Source: Betaproteobacteria bacterium
Lineage (GTDB): Bacteria > Pseudomonadota > Gammaproteobacteria > Burkholderiales > Ga0077523
Direction: 5' to 3'
DNA length: 64,000 bases
Assembly: GCA_025350245.1 (NCBI GenBank)
Contig: JANXYG010000050.1
Span: forward strand, 321-64,320
The notes under the pieces were generated by a model. The model searched no databases. It was not told the origin of the DNA and saw nothing but the letters and a program-made list of their open reading frames with translations. Both the position numbers and the translations under genes were made by a program. Below, in pieces: positions 45,317 to 54,526 of this stretch. How positions within the stretch are numbered: position 1 is the first letter of the stretch; each line of letters opens with the position of its first letter.

Positions 45317-47578
45317 ATGCATTGGATACAAACGTGGCGTAGCGCACCGTTGATCGCTGCCGGGCTGGCACCACTCTGCGCCCACGCCGACAACCCCGCT
45401 GCAGCGCTGGAGGCCCCGCAAGTCGAAGTCATCGGCACCACCCCCCTGCCGGTGCTTGCCACTCCGCTTCGCAACGTCCCGTCCAACATCCAGTCGGTCA
45501 CCGACAGGGATCTCGAAAAGCGCCGCGCTGGCGACATCACCGAGTTCATGGAAACCAACCTCGGCTCGGTGAATCTCAACCAGGCCCAGGCCAATCCGTT
45601 CCAGCCGGACGTCAATTTTCGCGGCCTGACCGCATCGCACCTGCTGGGACTGCCGCAGGGGTTGTCGGTGTTCTACGACGGCGTCCGCGTGAACGAGGCA
45701 TTCGGCGATACCGTGAACTGGGATCTCATTCCGCAATCGGCGATCGCCAACATGACGCTAGTGCCAGGATCGAACCCGGTCTACGGACTCAATACGCTGG
45801 GCGGAGCGCTGGCGATCCAGACCAAGTCGGGTTTCACCTACCCCGGCGTATCGGCAAGCGTCTACGGTGGTTCATTCGGTCGACAATCGGCGACGATCGA
45901 AGCCGGCGGCCACGGCGAGCGCGTCGACTACTTCGTGACCGGCAACTATCTCGAGGAGAACGGCTGGCGTCAGTTCTCGCCTAGCCGGGTCGCGAACGTG
46001 TTCGGCAAAGTCGGCTACCAGAGCGACCGCACCGACTTCGACCTGTCATACACCGGCGCCAACAACTCGCTCCAGGGGACCCAGGCCCTGCCGCTGTCGA
46101 TGTTCGGTGATCGCACCCAGCCCTACACCTGGCCGGACAGCACCGCCAACACACTCAATTTTCTCAACGCCAAGGGGAGTCACTTCTTCAACGACACGAC
46201 GCTGCTGGCCGCCAACCTCTACTACCGCCAACTGGATCAGGACACGTTCGCGAGCAACGTCAACGACCACTGCGCCGGCGGGTGCCCCCCGGGAGTGTTC
46301 CCGGCATCCAACGATTCCTCGACGATCCGCCAGAAGGGAACAGGCAGCAGCGTGCAGTTGTCGCTGCTCGATAACCTGTTCGGCAAAGGCAACCAGTTCA
46401 CCGTTGGCGCCACTGCCGATCTGGGCGACACCCGCTACCGCCAGTTCAACCAGGAAGCGGTGTTCACGCCAAGCCGCGGAACAGCCGGCGTCTCCCCTTT
46501 CGTGCTCGACACCGATGTGAAGACGACCAATCATTACTACGGCGTTTTCGTCACCGACACGCTCACCCTCAACCCGAAATGGTCGATGACAGCGTCCGGA
46601 CGCTACAACGTCGCGCAGGTAAAGATCGCCGACCAGTCCGGCACCAATCCAGCCCTGAATGGCGACCACAAATTCATCCGCTTCAATCCGGCTCTGGGGT
46701 TCACCTATAACCCGACGGCCACGGCCACGACCTACGCCAACTACAGCGAAGGCATGCGGGCGCCGACACCGGTGGAACTCACCTGCGCGGATCCCGCCGC
46801 ACCCTGTCGCCTGCCGAATGCCTTTCTGGCCGACCCACCACTCAAGCCGGTGGTGAGCCGCACCTACGAGGTGGGGGCTCGCGGCAAGCTCCTGGGGTGG
46901 CTGGGCTGGAACGCGGCATTGTTTCGCACCGATCTGCGCGACGACATCCAGTTCATTTCGACCCAGGGCGCCACCCTCAACTCAGGCTATTTCCAGAATG
47001 TCGGCGACACCCGCAGGCAGGGGGTGGAACTCGGGGCACGGGCACAACGCGGTGCTCTCACCCTTACTGCCAACTACACCTATTTGCGCGCCACGTTCGA
47101 AAGCGGTTTCCTGCTGAACAGCCCCAACAACTCATCGCGCGACGCCAACGGCGACATCCGGGTGGCGCCAGGCAACCGCATCCCGGGCATGCCGGCGCAT
47201 CTGCTCAAGCTACGCGCCGACTACGCGTTCTCCGAAGAATTCATCGTCGGCGGCAACGTGCTGCTCTCCACCGATCAGTTTGCCCGTGGCGATGAAAACA
47301 ACCAGGACTCCACCGGCAAGGTTCCGGGATACGCCGTCGTCAATCTCGATGCGCGGTACCAGATCACGCCGCAGCTTCAGGTGTTTGGACGACTGCTCAA
47401 CCTGTTCGACCGAAAGTACGAAACCTTCGGCATCCTCGGATCGAATTTCTTTCAGGGCGGGGCATTCAACCCGGTGAACGCCGGACCGGAGCAGTTCCGG
47501 GCGGTTTCGGCGCCGCGTGCGTTCTATGTCGGCGTGCGCTACGACTTCACCAAGCCTACCGCCGCCGGAGCGCAGTGA
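45317..47578 (+). CDS. TonB-dependent outer-membrane receptor
   Basis: ATG 45317 follows AGGGAGAG. Signal peptide, plug motifs (FMETNLGSVNLNQAQANPFQPDVNFRGL) and barrel. Confidence 0.9.
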   Translation: MHWIQTWRSAPLIAAGLAPLCAHADNPAAALEAPQVEVIGTTPLPVLATPLRNVPSNIQSVTDRDLEKRRAGDITEFMETNLGSVNLNQAQANPFQPDVNFRGLTASHLLGLPQGLSVFYDGVRVNEAFGDTVNWDLIPQSAIANMTLVPGSNPVYGLNTLGGALAIQTKSGFTYPGVSASVYGGSFGRQSATIEAGGHGERVDYFVTGNYLEENGWRQFSPSRVANVFGKVGYQSDRTDFDLSYTGANNSLQGTQALPLSMFGDRTQPYTWPDSTANTLNFLNAKGSHFFNDTTLLAANLYYRQLDQDTFASNVNDHCAGGCPPGVFPASNDSSTIRQKGTGSSVQLSLLDNLFGKGNQFTVGATADLGDTRYRQFNQEAVFTPSRGTAGVSPFVLDTDVKTTNHYYGVFVTDTLTLNPKWSMTASGRYNVAQVKIADQSGTNPALNGDHKFIRFNPALGFTYNPTATATTYANYSEGMRAPTPVELTCADPAAPCRLPNAFLADPPLKPVVSRTYEVGARGKLLGWLGWNAALFRTDLRDDIQFISTQGATLNSGYFQNVGDTRRQGVELGARAQRGALTLTANYTYLRATFESGFLLNSPNNSSRDANGDIRVAPGNRIPGMPAHLLKLRADYAFSEEFIVGGNVLLSTDQFARGDENNQDSTGKVPGYAVVNLDARYQITPQLQVFGRLLNLFDRKYETFGILGSNFFQGGAFNPVNAGPEQFRAVSAPRAFYVGVRYDFTKPTAAGAQ

Positions 47579-47615
47579 GGCACGCAAGGAATTAACAAGA
47601 TCGGAGCCCCAGACG

Positions 47616-47646
47616 CAAAAAAGCTGCGTTTCCGCAGCTTTTTTGG
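47616..47646. terminator. Bidirectional rho-independent terminator
   Basis: AAAAAAGCTGCG-TTTC-CGCAGCTTTTTT lies between the convergent receptor gene and the orphan pqqA. Confidence 0.8.
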
Positions 47647-47664
47647 TACTACCGAAAACCGGGA

Positions 47665-47736
47665 TTAGCGGTTTGCGATGTACATCGTGACTTCAAAGCC
47701 AAAACGCATTTCGGTGTAAGCGGGCTTGGTCCACAT
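47665..47736 (-). CDS. pqqA: PQQ precursor peptide PqqA, orphan copy
   Basis: The last 23 codons of ORF 47665..47868 encode [23 protein letters not shown] (Glu-X3-Tyr core). AAGGAG lies 8 nt upstream of the ATG. Confidence 0.9.
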   Translation of the reverse strand: MWTKPAYTEMRFGFEVTMYIANR

Positions 47737-47944
47737 GGTGAGGCTCCTTGATGGGTTGATGAATCGAAACAACTCAAAACCACTGCTCGTATTTCGGTAC
47801 CGGGAGATACCCACCGCATTTGCGGCTTGACCCCATTGTCCGGATCCACAGATCGCCGACCATGGCAAAACGCTGAAAGCCTGGTCAGGATTTTCATTAG
47901 ATTTCTTCGCTGCGTCGCAGCATGAACTGCTCTTCGGGGAAAGC

Positions 47945-48062
47945 CCGAGCGAAGCATGCCGAGCGAAGGGAGCCTCTGAACCGAAGGGGCACCGCCCACA
48001 GGGCCCCCCGAGGACGGGGCGCCCCCTTCAAGGGGGAAGGCGAAGCGCAGCCTGGGGGTGGA
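47945..48062 (+). repeat. REP-like dispersed repeat region
   Basis: The core GCCCCCTTCAAGGGGGAAGGCGAAGCGCAGCCTGGGGGTGG at 48021..48061 is preceded by related GC-rich words. Lies immediately 3' of the response regulator gene. Confidence 0.7.
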
Positions 48063-48068
48063 CCCCAC

Positions 48069-48716
48069 TCACGGCTCCATCAGTTTGTGCCGCATGGCGA
48101 TGATCGCCAGTTCGGCGGAGTTGGAGGCGCCGAGCTTCTGCTTGATGTTGTACAGATGGGTGCCGATGGTTCGCGGGCTGAGCGACATCACGTCCGCGAT
48201 GTCGACCACCGACTGGCCACGGGCCAGCGCCAGGAACACCTTGAATTCCTTTTCCGACAGCATGTCGACCGGATTGCGGTCGCCGGTGAGCTGCTGGAGG
48301 GCCAGTTCATGTGCGATCGCAGGTTCGAGAAAGGTACGGCCTTGTCGGACCTGCCGGATCGCCTGGATCAATGCTTCGGCGGCACTGCGCTTGGACAGGT
48401 ATCCGAGGGCACCGGCCTTGAGCACCCGCCGCGCATGCATGGCGTCTTCATGCGCGGTCAGCACCAGTACTTTCATGTTCGGCGCGCGCGCCAGGATGCG
48501 CGACAGGGCCTCAAGCCCACCGATGCCCGGCATGGACAGATCGAGCACCAGGACATCGGGCTTGACCTCGGGCACCCGTCGGACCGCCTCTTCACCGCTC
48601 TCGGCTTCCGCCACCACCTTGATATCGGCCGAAGCTTCCAGCAGTAGCCGGAAACCCATCCGCACCACGGCGTGATCGTCAGCCAGCATCACGCGAATTT
48701 CAGCTCCCGGATTCAT
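48069..48716 (-). CDS. NarL/FixJ-family response regulator (REC + LuxR-type HTH)
   Basis: 215-aa ORF with DDHAVVRMG, LVLDLSMPG and a C-terminal LSPRTIGTHLYNIKQKLG helix-turn-helix. Confidence 0.9.
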   Translation of the reverse strand: MNPGAEIRVMLADDHAVVRMGFRLLLEASADIKVVAEAESGEEAVRRVPEVKPDVLVLDLSMPGIGGLEALSRILARAPNMKVLVLTAHEDAMHARRVLKAGALGYLSKRSAAEALIQAIRQVRQGRTFLEPAIAHELALQQLTGDRNPVDMLSEKEFKVFLALARGQSVVDIADVMSLSPRTIGTHLYNIKQKLGASNSAELAIIAMRHKLMEP

Positions 48717-50479
48717 GCGCCCTGCTCCTGATCCAGCGATGCGGTTGCGCCATCTGCGCCCGCTTGCTCACCCAGCGGAATGCGCACCTTCACCGCGAGG
48801 CCGCCGCCGGGCACGGTATCGAGCGCGAACTCACCCTTCAGGGCTTCGACCCGCTCGCGCATGCCCATGATGCCGAAGCGCACCGAATCGGTACCGTCGC
48901 GCTCGGTGAGCCCACGTCCGTTATCGCGCACCAGAACATCGAGGCAACCGGTCTCTTGTCGGATCACGGAAATCTCGATCTGTGTTGCATGGGCATGCTT
49001 GACCACATTGGTGAGGCACTCCTGGACGATGCGAAAGACGGTGATATTGACACGCTCGCCGAGTTCGTCTAACTGACCCTCGAGATGCACACGGCAGGCG
49101 ATCTCGGGATGCCGCTGCCCCCAGCTGCCGATGGCATCCTCGAGCGCTTCGCGCAGGCCGAGATGATCGAGCGCGCTGGGCCGTAACTGACGGATGATGC
49201 CGTGAACCGAGTCGTACATGTGACTGGCGACCGACACGATGGTCTCGGCGCTGCGGTGGATGTCGCCGCCGGAAGCCGCGGTTTTCTGCACGATGACGGC
49301 GCCGATGGTCTTGATCGCGGTCACGCATTGGCCGAGTTCATCGTGCAACTCGCGGGCGATGGCGCGACGCTCCTCCTCCAGCCGGACCTGCGTGAGCTGG
49401 GTGAGTTTGCGATTCTGGGCAAGCTGCAGCTCGGCCTCGCGGGCACGCTTGGTTTCGGTGATGTCACGCATCGACAGGATCTCGCCGATCACCCGGTCAG
49501 TCACCGGATCGACCAGCGGCGACGCCGACAACGCGACCTCGACCAGCCGCCGGTCGCGCGTGAGTCGCTGGGTCTCGACATGATCGATGCTGCCGCGCTC
49601 CCGCACCAGCCGCGACCAGCCCTCCTGCTCGGCCGCGCGTTCCGGCGGCACCGTGAGGCTTGCCGGGTGGCCCACGATCTGCGAAACGTTCCAGCCGAAC
49701 AGACGCTCGGCAGCCGGATTCCAGTACGTGATCAGGCCGTCCGGATCGACGATCACGATCGCATCGCCGGACTGCTCGGCGATGAGCGCCAGCCGCCGGT
49801 TCTCGGCATGCGATTGTTCCAGCTCAACGGCCATCCGGTTGAAGGTATGGCTGATGGCATCGAACTCGGGCAAGGCGAAGCCGGGAAGGCGGGCGTGGTA
49901 TTCGCCGCGCTCCATGCGTTTCAACCCTTCCAGTACGATACTCACCGGCCGCAGCGAGCGCCCGGTCAGGAAGAACACCAGAACGTTGACGGCCGCCAGG
50001 AACGCGACGATCACCACCAACACGCGCTTGGCATCTTCCCAGGCGTCCAGCACGGAGCGCGACGAATCGGTGGTCACCGTGACATTGCCACCCTCCACCG
50101 CCAGATTCATCACCGGCAGCTCGGGCGCCACGAGCTTCGAGAACCATGGCGGCGCCGACACGCCGGCCTTGTAGAGCGATGGCGGCGACGCATAGATCAG
50201 CTTGTCGTCGTGATCGAACAACTGGATGTCGTGCGCGCGCACCCGTCCGATCTCGCGCAACAAGCTGCGCAGGACGACGTTGCCGTCCTCGCCGTCACGC
50301 GCGATGAGCCGCGAGTCGTTGATGACCGCCGCCAGGAGCTGCAAGGTGATGCGATTGGCGCCCTCCATCTCCTCGCGGATGGAACGCCGCGTGTCGTCCA
50401 GTGCAAGCTGCAGCACCGCGAGCGTGAACACGCTGGTCAGGACCGTGATCAGCAGATTGATACGAAACCGCAGGCTCAT
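48713..50479 (-). CDS. Sensor histidine kinase (TM-HAMP-PAS-HisKA_3-HATPase)
   Basis: Start at ATG 50479, overlapping the pip stop as ATGA. Contains a PAS segment, an H-box ARELHDELGQ, and a C-terminal ATPase domain (VRDNGRGL...GIMGMRERVEAL). Its stop overlaps the RR start. Confidence 0.88.
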   Translation of the reverse strand: MSLRFRINLLITVLTSVFTLAVLQLALDDTRRSIREEMEGANRITLQLLAAVINDSRLIARDGEDGNVVLRSLLREIGRVRAHDIQLFDHDDKLIYASPPSLYKAGVSAPPWFSKLVAPELPVMNLAVEGGNVTVTTDSSRSVLDAWEDAKRVLVVIVAFLAAVNVLVFFLTGRSLRPVSIVLEGLKRMERGEYHARLPGFALPEFDAISHTFNRMAVELEQSHAENRRLALIAEQSGDAIVIVDPDGLITYWNPAAERLFGWNVSQIVGHPASLTVPPERAAEQEGWSRLVRERGSIDHVETQRLTRDRRLVEVALSASPLVDPVTDRVIGEILSMRDITETKRAREAELQLAQNRKLTQLTQVRLEEERRAIARELHDELGQCVTAIKTIGAVIVQKTAASGGDIHRSAETIVSVASHMYDSVHGIIRQLRPSALDHLGLREALEDAIGSWGQRHPEIACRVHLEGQLDELGERVNITVFRIVQECLTNVVKHAHATQIEISVIRQETGCLDVLVRDNGRGLTERDGTDSVRFGIMGMRERVEALKGEFALDTVPGGGLAVKVRIPLGEQAGADGATASLDQEQGA

Positions 50480-51504
50480 GCGACCACGGCAACCGTGCCG
50501 CGCGACACCAGTTGGTCGCGCAGGGAGTCGGCTGCCGCAACCAGGGCCGATTCGAGGTGGGGATGCGATGCCGCATGCTTGGCCGCGGCGATCATCGACA
50601 ACCGTGCCGAAGGCCAACGCCGGGCGACTTCGAACGCGGTGACCGGCGGACACACGAAATCCATGGCGCCTTGCAACAGGATGCCCGGCAGATGCGCGAT
50701 CCGCGCGACGCCATCGAGCAATTCACCGGGCCGGAAAAAGCAGTCGTGCGTCAGATAGTGGACCTGCACCCGAGCGCGGACGAGCCCGGTCTCCTCGGCG
50801 ACCGCGCCCGCCGGTGATTCGGCAACCGGAGCTTCGCCGATCGACATCACCGCCGACTCGAAGGCGTTCCAGCGCGTCGCGGCCTGCACTTGGACAGCCG
50901 GGTCGGGGTGGCGCAAGGCGGCGTCGTAGGCCCGCACCAGTTGCAGCCAGGGAACACCGGGCGTGGCCGCATACAACGCCTCCCGCGCAGCCGGTACGAA
51001 CTGACGCAATCCATCGAAGTACCAGTCGAGTTCGCCGTGCGACGCGAGGAAGATCCCGCGCAGGATGAGATGGGTGACCCGATCAGGGTAGGTCTGGGCG
51101 TAGGCAAGCGCGAGGGTACTGCCCCACGATCCGCCGAACAGGACCCAGCGATCGACTCCCAGCAGCAGCCGCAGTTGTTCGATATCGCCGATCAGGTGGG
51201 CCGTGGTGTTGTTCGCCGTGCCCCCGGCGGGCGTGCTGCGCCCGCAACCGCGCTGGTCGAACAGCACGATGCGGTAGCAGGCCGGGTCGAAGTAGCGACG
51301 GTGATCGGGCCTGGTCGAGCTGCCGGGGCCACCATGGAGAAACAGCACGGGGCGCCCCACCGGATTACCGCTCACCTCGAAGTAGATCCGGTGGCCACCG
51401 GTGGCATCGAAATGGCCACTTCGATGCGGGTCTACCGCCGGGTAGAGAGCGCTCACGGATCCACCAGAGGCAATCCAAGCCAGGAAACTGCGTGATCGAA
51501 GCAT
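50476..51504 (-). CDS. pip: Prolyl aminopeptidase (proline iminopeptidase)
   Basis: LHGGPGS and GGSWGSTLALAYA (nucleophile elbow), typical of Pip. The exact start is uncertain. Confidence 0.85.
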   Translation of the reverse strand: MLRSRSFLAWIASGGSVSALYPAVDPHRSGHFDATGGHRIYFEVSGNPVGRPVLFLHGGPGSSTRPDHRRYFDPACYRIVLFDQRGCGRSTPAGGTANNTTAHLIGDIEQLRLLLGVDRWVLFGGSWGSTLALAYAQTYPDRVTHLILRGIFLASHGELDWYFDGLRQFVPAAREALYAATPGVPWLQLVRAYDAALRHPDPAVQVQAATRWNAFESAVMSIGEAPVAESPAGAVAEETGLVRARVQVHYLTHDCFFRPGELLDGVARIAHLPGILLQGAMDFVCPPVTAFEVARRWPSARLSMIAAAKHAASHPHLESALVAAADSLRDQLVSRGTVAVVA

Positions 51505-51534
51505 CCCGATAGTTTCATGTGCGACAAGCCAGAT

Positions 51535-53148
51535 TCACTCGGTGAGGCGAAAGGTGATCGGTACCGTGACAGTAAGCTCTTGACCACGCAGTTCCTCGGG
51601 GAGCGGCGGCAACTGGCGAGCCCTCTTTACCATGGCCATTGCTTCCTGGTCGAGGATGTCGTGCCCGCTCGATTTCGCCACCGACACTTCCTTGACTTTC
51701 GCATCAGCGGTCATCAGAACCAGAACCTCGGTGGTACCGGTCCATCGAAGCGTGAGCGCCCGCCTCGGATAGTGCTGGTCCTTGCCGACCTCACGTGAAA
51801 ACCTCAGTCCGTAACGCTCCAGCACCGCGTGATCGATCGTGGTCGGCTGCGGTGGACTCTGGATCGTGGGCTTGCCGGTTTGCGGGCGCGAGGCCGTGGG
51901 CGCGGCGGTCAGGGGAACCACCGCCGGTGCGGCCAGAGACGGCGCAACAACCGACGGCGGAGCGGCGACCGTGGCAGCGGAAGCAACTGGCGCCGACTGC
52001 ACCAATGGCGCAACTACCGGCCTGGATGCAATCGGCCTCGGCGCCGCCGTCGTTGCCGAAACCGCCGGTTGGGTCACGACCTGTGGCACAGCGGTCGGCA
52101 GCGCGACAGCCACCTGGGCGGCCGACGCCGTGGGCGCCGCCACGACCAGGGGGGTCGGCCGCCCAGCCTTCAGGTCGGGGCGCTGATCCGGGCGGACCGG
52201 TGCCGGCACGGCATCGGGATGCGCGGAAGGCGCCACCGGGACGACCGGGTCCAGCCGCGCTCCCACCTTGGCGCTCAAGATGGGCACAGCCTGATGAAGC
52301 TGTGGTCGCGCGTCGGGGCGCAGGTCAGGCCTGACTTCGGGACGCGCTTCGACTCGCGGTTCAGGCCGGACCTGCGGCCGCACGTCGGGCATTGGCGACG
52401 ACGGTGCTGCGATCGGCGCTGGCGCTGCCACCGGTGGCGTGGGCTGCAACTGCGGTCGCGCCTCGGCCCGCAAGTCGGGCCTGATCTCGGGGCGAGCTTC
52501 GACCCGCGGTTCCGCCCGGATCTGTGGCCTCGAGTCCAGTGGCGACGATGGCGCAACGATCGGCGCCGGCGCCGCCACCCGCGGTTCGGGCCGCAGTTCC
52601 GGGCGCGCGTCGGGCCGAAGCTGCGGCCTCACGCCGACCCGCGGCTCGGGCCGTACGTCGATCCGCGTTTCCGGCATCGGCACCGGCTTCGGTTCGGGAC
52701 GAGCTTGCAGCACCGGTTCAGGCTTCGGCGCGGGCTGAGAAACTGGCGGCCGCACGGGCTGAGCAACCGGTGGCGGCACGGGTTGCACGACCAGTGGCGG
52801 GGGTGCCGGCACCGGGACCGGTTTCGCAACCGGCTGCGGCACAACGGGTTTCGCGGGTTGCCGCGGCGCAACCTTGACCGGCGGCTTCACCTTCACCTTC
52901 ACCGGCTCCGGACGCCTGGGCGGCGGCTCAGGAATGGGCGGCGGTTCCCGTTTTGGCGGCGTGATCAGTTCGATCTCGAGCACCTTCGGCTCGGCCACGG
53001 GGATGTGGCGCAGTTCCGGCAGGAACGCGACCACCAGGGCGTGAGCGACGACGGAGCACACGAGCGCGAACACGAACGAATGCTCGCGATACCAGGTTGC
53101 GAACGGACCTGGGGCCGCGGAAACTCGGGACAGGATTGCGGTCGACAT
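51535..53148 (-). CDS. tonB: TonB-family energy transducer with very long Pro-rich spacer
   Basis: 537-aa ORF with an N-terminal anchor (FVFALVCSVVAHALVVAFL). Its Pro-rich region of about 400 residues includes a 49-aa tandem duplication. The C-terminal TonB domain reads YPRRALTLRWTGTTEVLVL...VTVPITFRL. Confidence 0.85.
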   Translation of the reverse strand: MSTAILSRVSAAPGPFATWYREHSFVFALVCSVVAHALVVAFLPELRHIPVAEPKVLEIELITPPKREPPPIPEPPPRRPEPVKVKVKPPVKVAPRQPAKPVVPQPVAKPVPVPAPPPLVVQPVPPPVAQPVRPPVSQPAPKPEPVLQARPEPKPVPMPETRIDVRPEPRVGVRPQLRPDARPELRPEPRVAAPAPIVAPSSPLDSRPQIRAEPRVEARPEIRPDLRAEARPQLQPTPPVAAPAPIAAPSSPMPDVRPQVRPEPRVEARPEVRPDLRPDARPQLHQAVPILSAKVGARLDPVVPVAPSAHPDAVPAPVRPDQRPDLKAGRPTPLVVAAPTASAAQVAVALPTAVPQVVTQPAVSATTAAPRPIASRPVVAPLVQSAPVASAATVAAPPSVVAPSLAAPAVVPLTAAPTASRPQTGKPTIQSPPQPTTIDHAVLERYGLRFSREVGKDQHYPRRALTLRWTGTTEVLVLMTADAKVKEVSVAKSSGHDILDQEAMAMVKRARQLPPLPEELRGQELTVTVPITFRLTE

Positions 53149-53407
53149 CGAAGAAGCTTAGGAGGGAGCGCGGGGGGAGGCAATGACCGGATCAGGCCAC
53201 TGCCGAGAATCTCATGATATTCATGACATCACGTTGCTGATTTTTCTGTGGAATCCACTGACGGCCTGCCAGACACTGGTATCCGAACTCGAAGGTGCAG
53301 TGCTTGGCCTGCCAGGAGCACATCGGGCAGAAGAAGCGCAACCAGAAGTGTTCATCGGGGCGATGAAGTCATCGCCATCACCAAGACCTTAACATCCGGA
53401 GGTTGAT

Positions 53408-53479
53408 ATGTGGACCAAGCCCGCTTACACCGAAATGCGTTTCGGCTTTGAAGTCACGATGTACATCGCCAACCGCTGA
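53408..53479 (+). CDS. pqqA: PQQ precursor peptide PqqA, operon copy
   Basis: A 23-codon ORF below the ORF-track length cutoff, found by eye. The peptide [23 protein letters not shown] is identical to that of the orphan copy. GGAGG lies upstream. Confidence 0.93.
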   Translation: MWTKPAYTEMRFGFEVTMYIANR

Positions 53480-53494
53480 TCATCGCGGCTGGTA

Positions 53495-53525
53495 ACGAAA
53501 GCCCCGACCCGTTCGGGGCTTTCGT
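53495..53525 (+). terminator. Strong hairpin plus T-run between pqqA and pqqB (attenuator/terminator)
   Basis: ACGAAAGCCCCGA-CCCGT-TCGGGGCTTTCGT forms a 13-bp perfect stem followed by TTTT. Confidence 0.75.
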
Positions 53526-53600
53526 TTTTCCTGGAGCGGTCTTGCCTGCCAGTCGGTGCGGCGACCGTGCAGTCGATTCGACCGACGAGGAAAAAGCAAC

Positions 53601-54515
53601 ATGCGTATTCGGGTTCTCGGATCGGCGGCGGGCGGCGGATTTCCCCAGTGGAACTGCAACTGCGCCAATTGCGATGGGGTACGCAAGGGCACCATGCGCA
53701 CCCGGGCACGTACCCAGTCGTCGATAGCGGTCAGCGGCAATGGCATCGACTGGGTGCTGTTCAACGCCTCGCCAGATCTGCTGACCCAGATTCAGGGCTT
53801 TCCAGCGCTGCAACCGGGGCGCGGTATCCGCGATACCGGCATTCGCGCGGTGGTGCTGATGGACGGGCAGATCGACCACACCACCGGGCTGCTCATGCTG
53901 CGCGAAGGCAAGCCGCTGGAGATCTACTGCACCGACATGGTTCGGGAAGACATGACCACCGGCAACCCGCTGTTCAATATTCTCGGCCACTATTGCGGGG
54001 TCATCTGGCATCAACTGCCGACGGCGCCCGGGTCCGGTTTCGAGGTGGTCGGCGCCGAACATCTGACATTCACTGCCATCGCGCTCAAGAGCAAGGCGCC
54101 GCCCTACTCGCCCCATCGCGACAACCCGCACGAGGGCGACAACATCGGCATGCGCGTCACCGACACGCGCACCGGCAAGAGCCTGTTCTACGCGCCCGGC
54201 CTGGGCGAGATCGAACCGCACCTCGTGCCGCACCTCGCCGCCGCCGATGCGATCATGGTCGACGGCACCTTCTGGACCGATGACGAGATGGTGGCACTCG
54301 GTATCTCGAAAAAACGCGCCCGCGAGATCGGCCACCTGCCCCAGTCCGGGTCCGGTGGCATGATCGACGTGCTGACGCCGCTGTCGGCTGCGCACAAAAT
54401 CCTGATCCACATCAACAATACCAATCCCATCCTGGATGAAGACTCCCCACAGCGTGCCGAGCTTGCAAAGCACGGTATCGAGGTGGCCTTCGACGGGATG
54501 GACTTCACGCTCTGA
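53601..54515 (+). CDS. pqqB: PQQ biosynthesis protein B
   Basis: Start at ATG 53601 ([24 protein letters not shown]). MBL-like PqqB. Confidence 0.93.
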   Translation: MRIRVLGSAAGGGFPQWNCNCANCDGVRKGTMRTRARTQSSIAVSGNGIDWVLFNASPDLLTQIQGFPALQPGRGIRDTGIRAVVLMDGQIDHTTGLLMLREGKPLEIYCTDMVREDMTTGNPLFNILGHYCGVIWHQLPTAPGSGFEVVGAEHLTFTAIALKSKAPPYSPHRDNPHEGDNIGMRVTDTRTGKSLFYAPGLGEIEPHLVPHLAAADAIMVDGTFWTDDEMVALGISKKRAREIGHLPQSGSGGMIDVLTPLSAAHKILIHINNTNPILDEDSPQRAELAKHGIEVAFDGMDFTL

Positions 54516-54526
54516 CGGAGACCGCC

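Noticed and set aside
47737-47868. N-terminal 44 codons of the 67-aa ORF containing pqqA
   Set aside because: Only the last 23 codons match PqqA and are preceded by a Shine-Dalgarno. The upstream part is most likely untranslated leader or promoter.
53183-53392. 69-aa ORF between tonB and pqqA
   Set aside because: It has no Shine-Dalgarno and no recognisable motif, and it occupies the expected pqqA promoter region. It is most likely non-coding.
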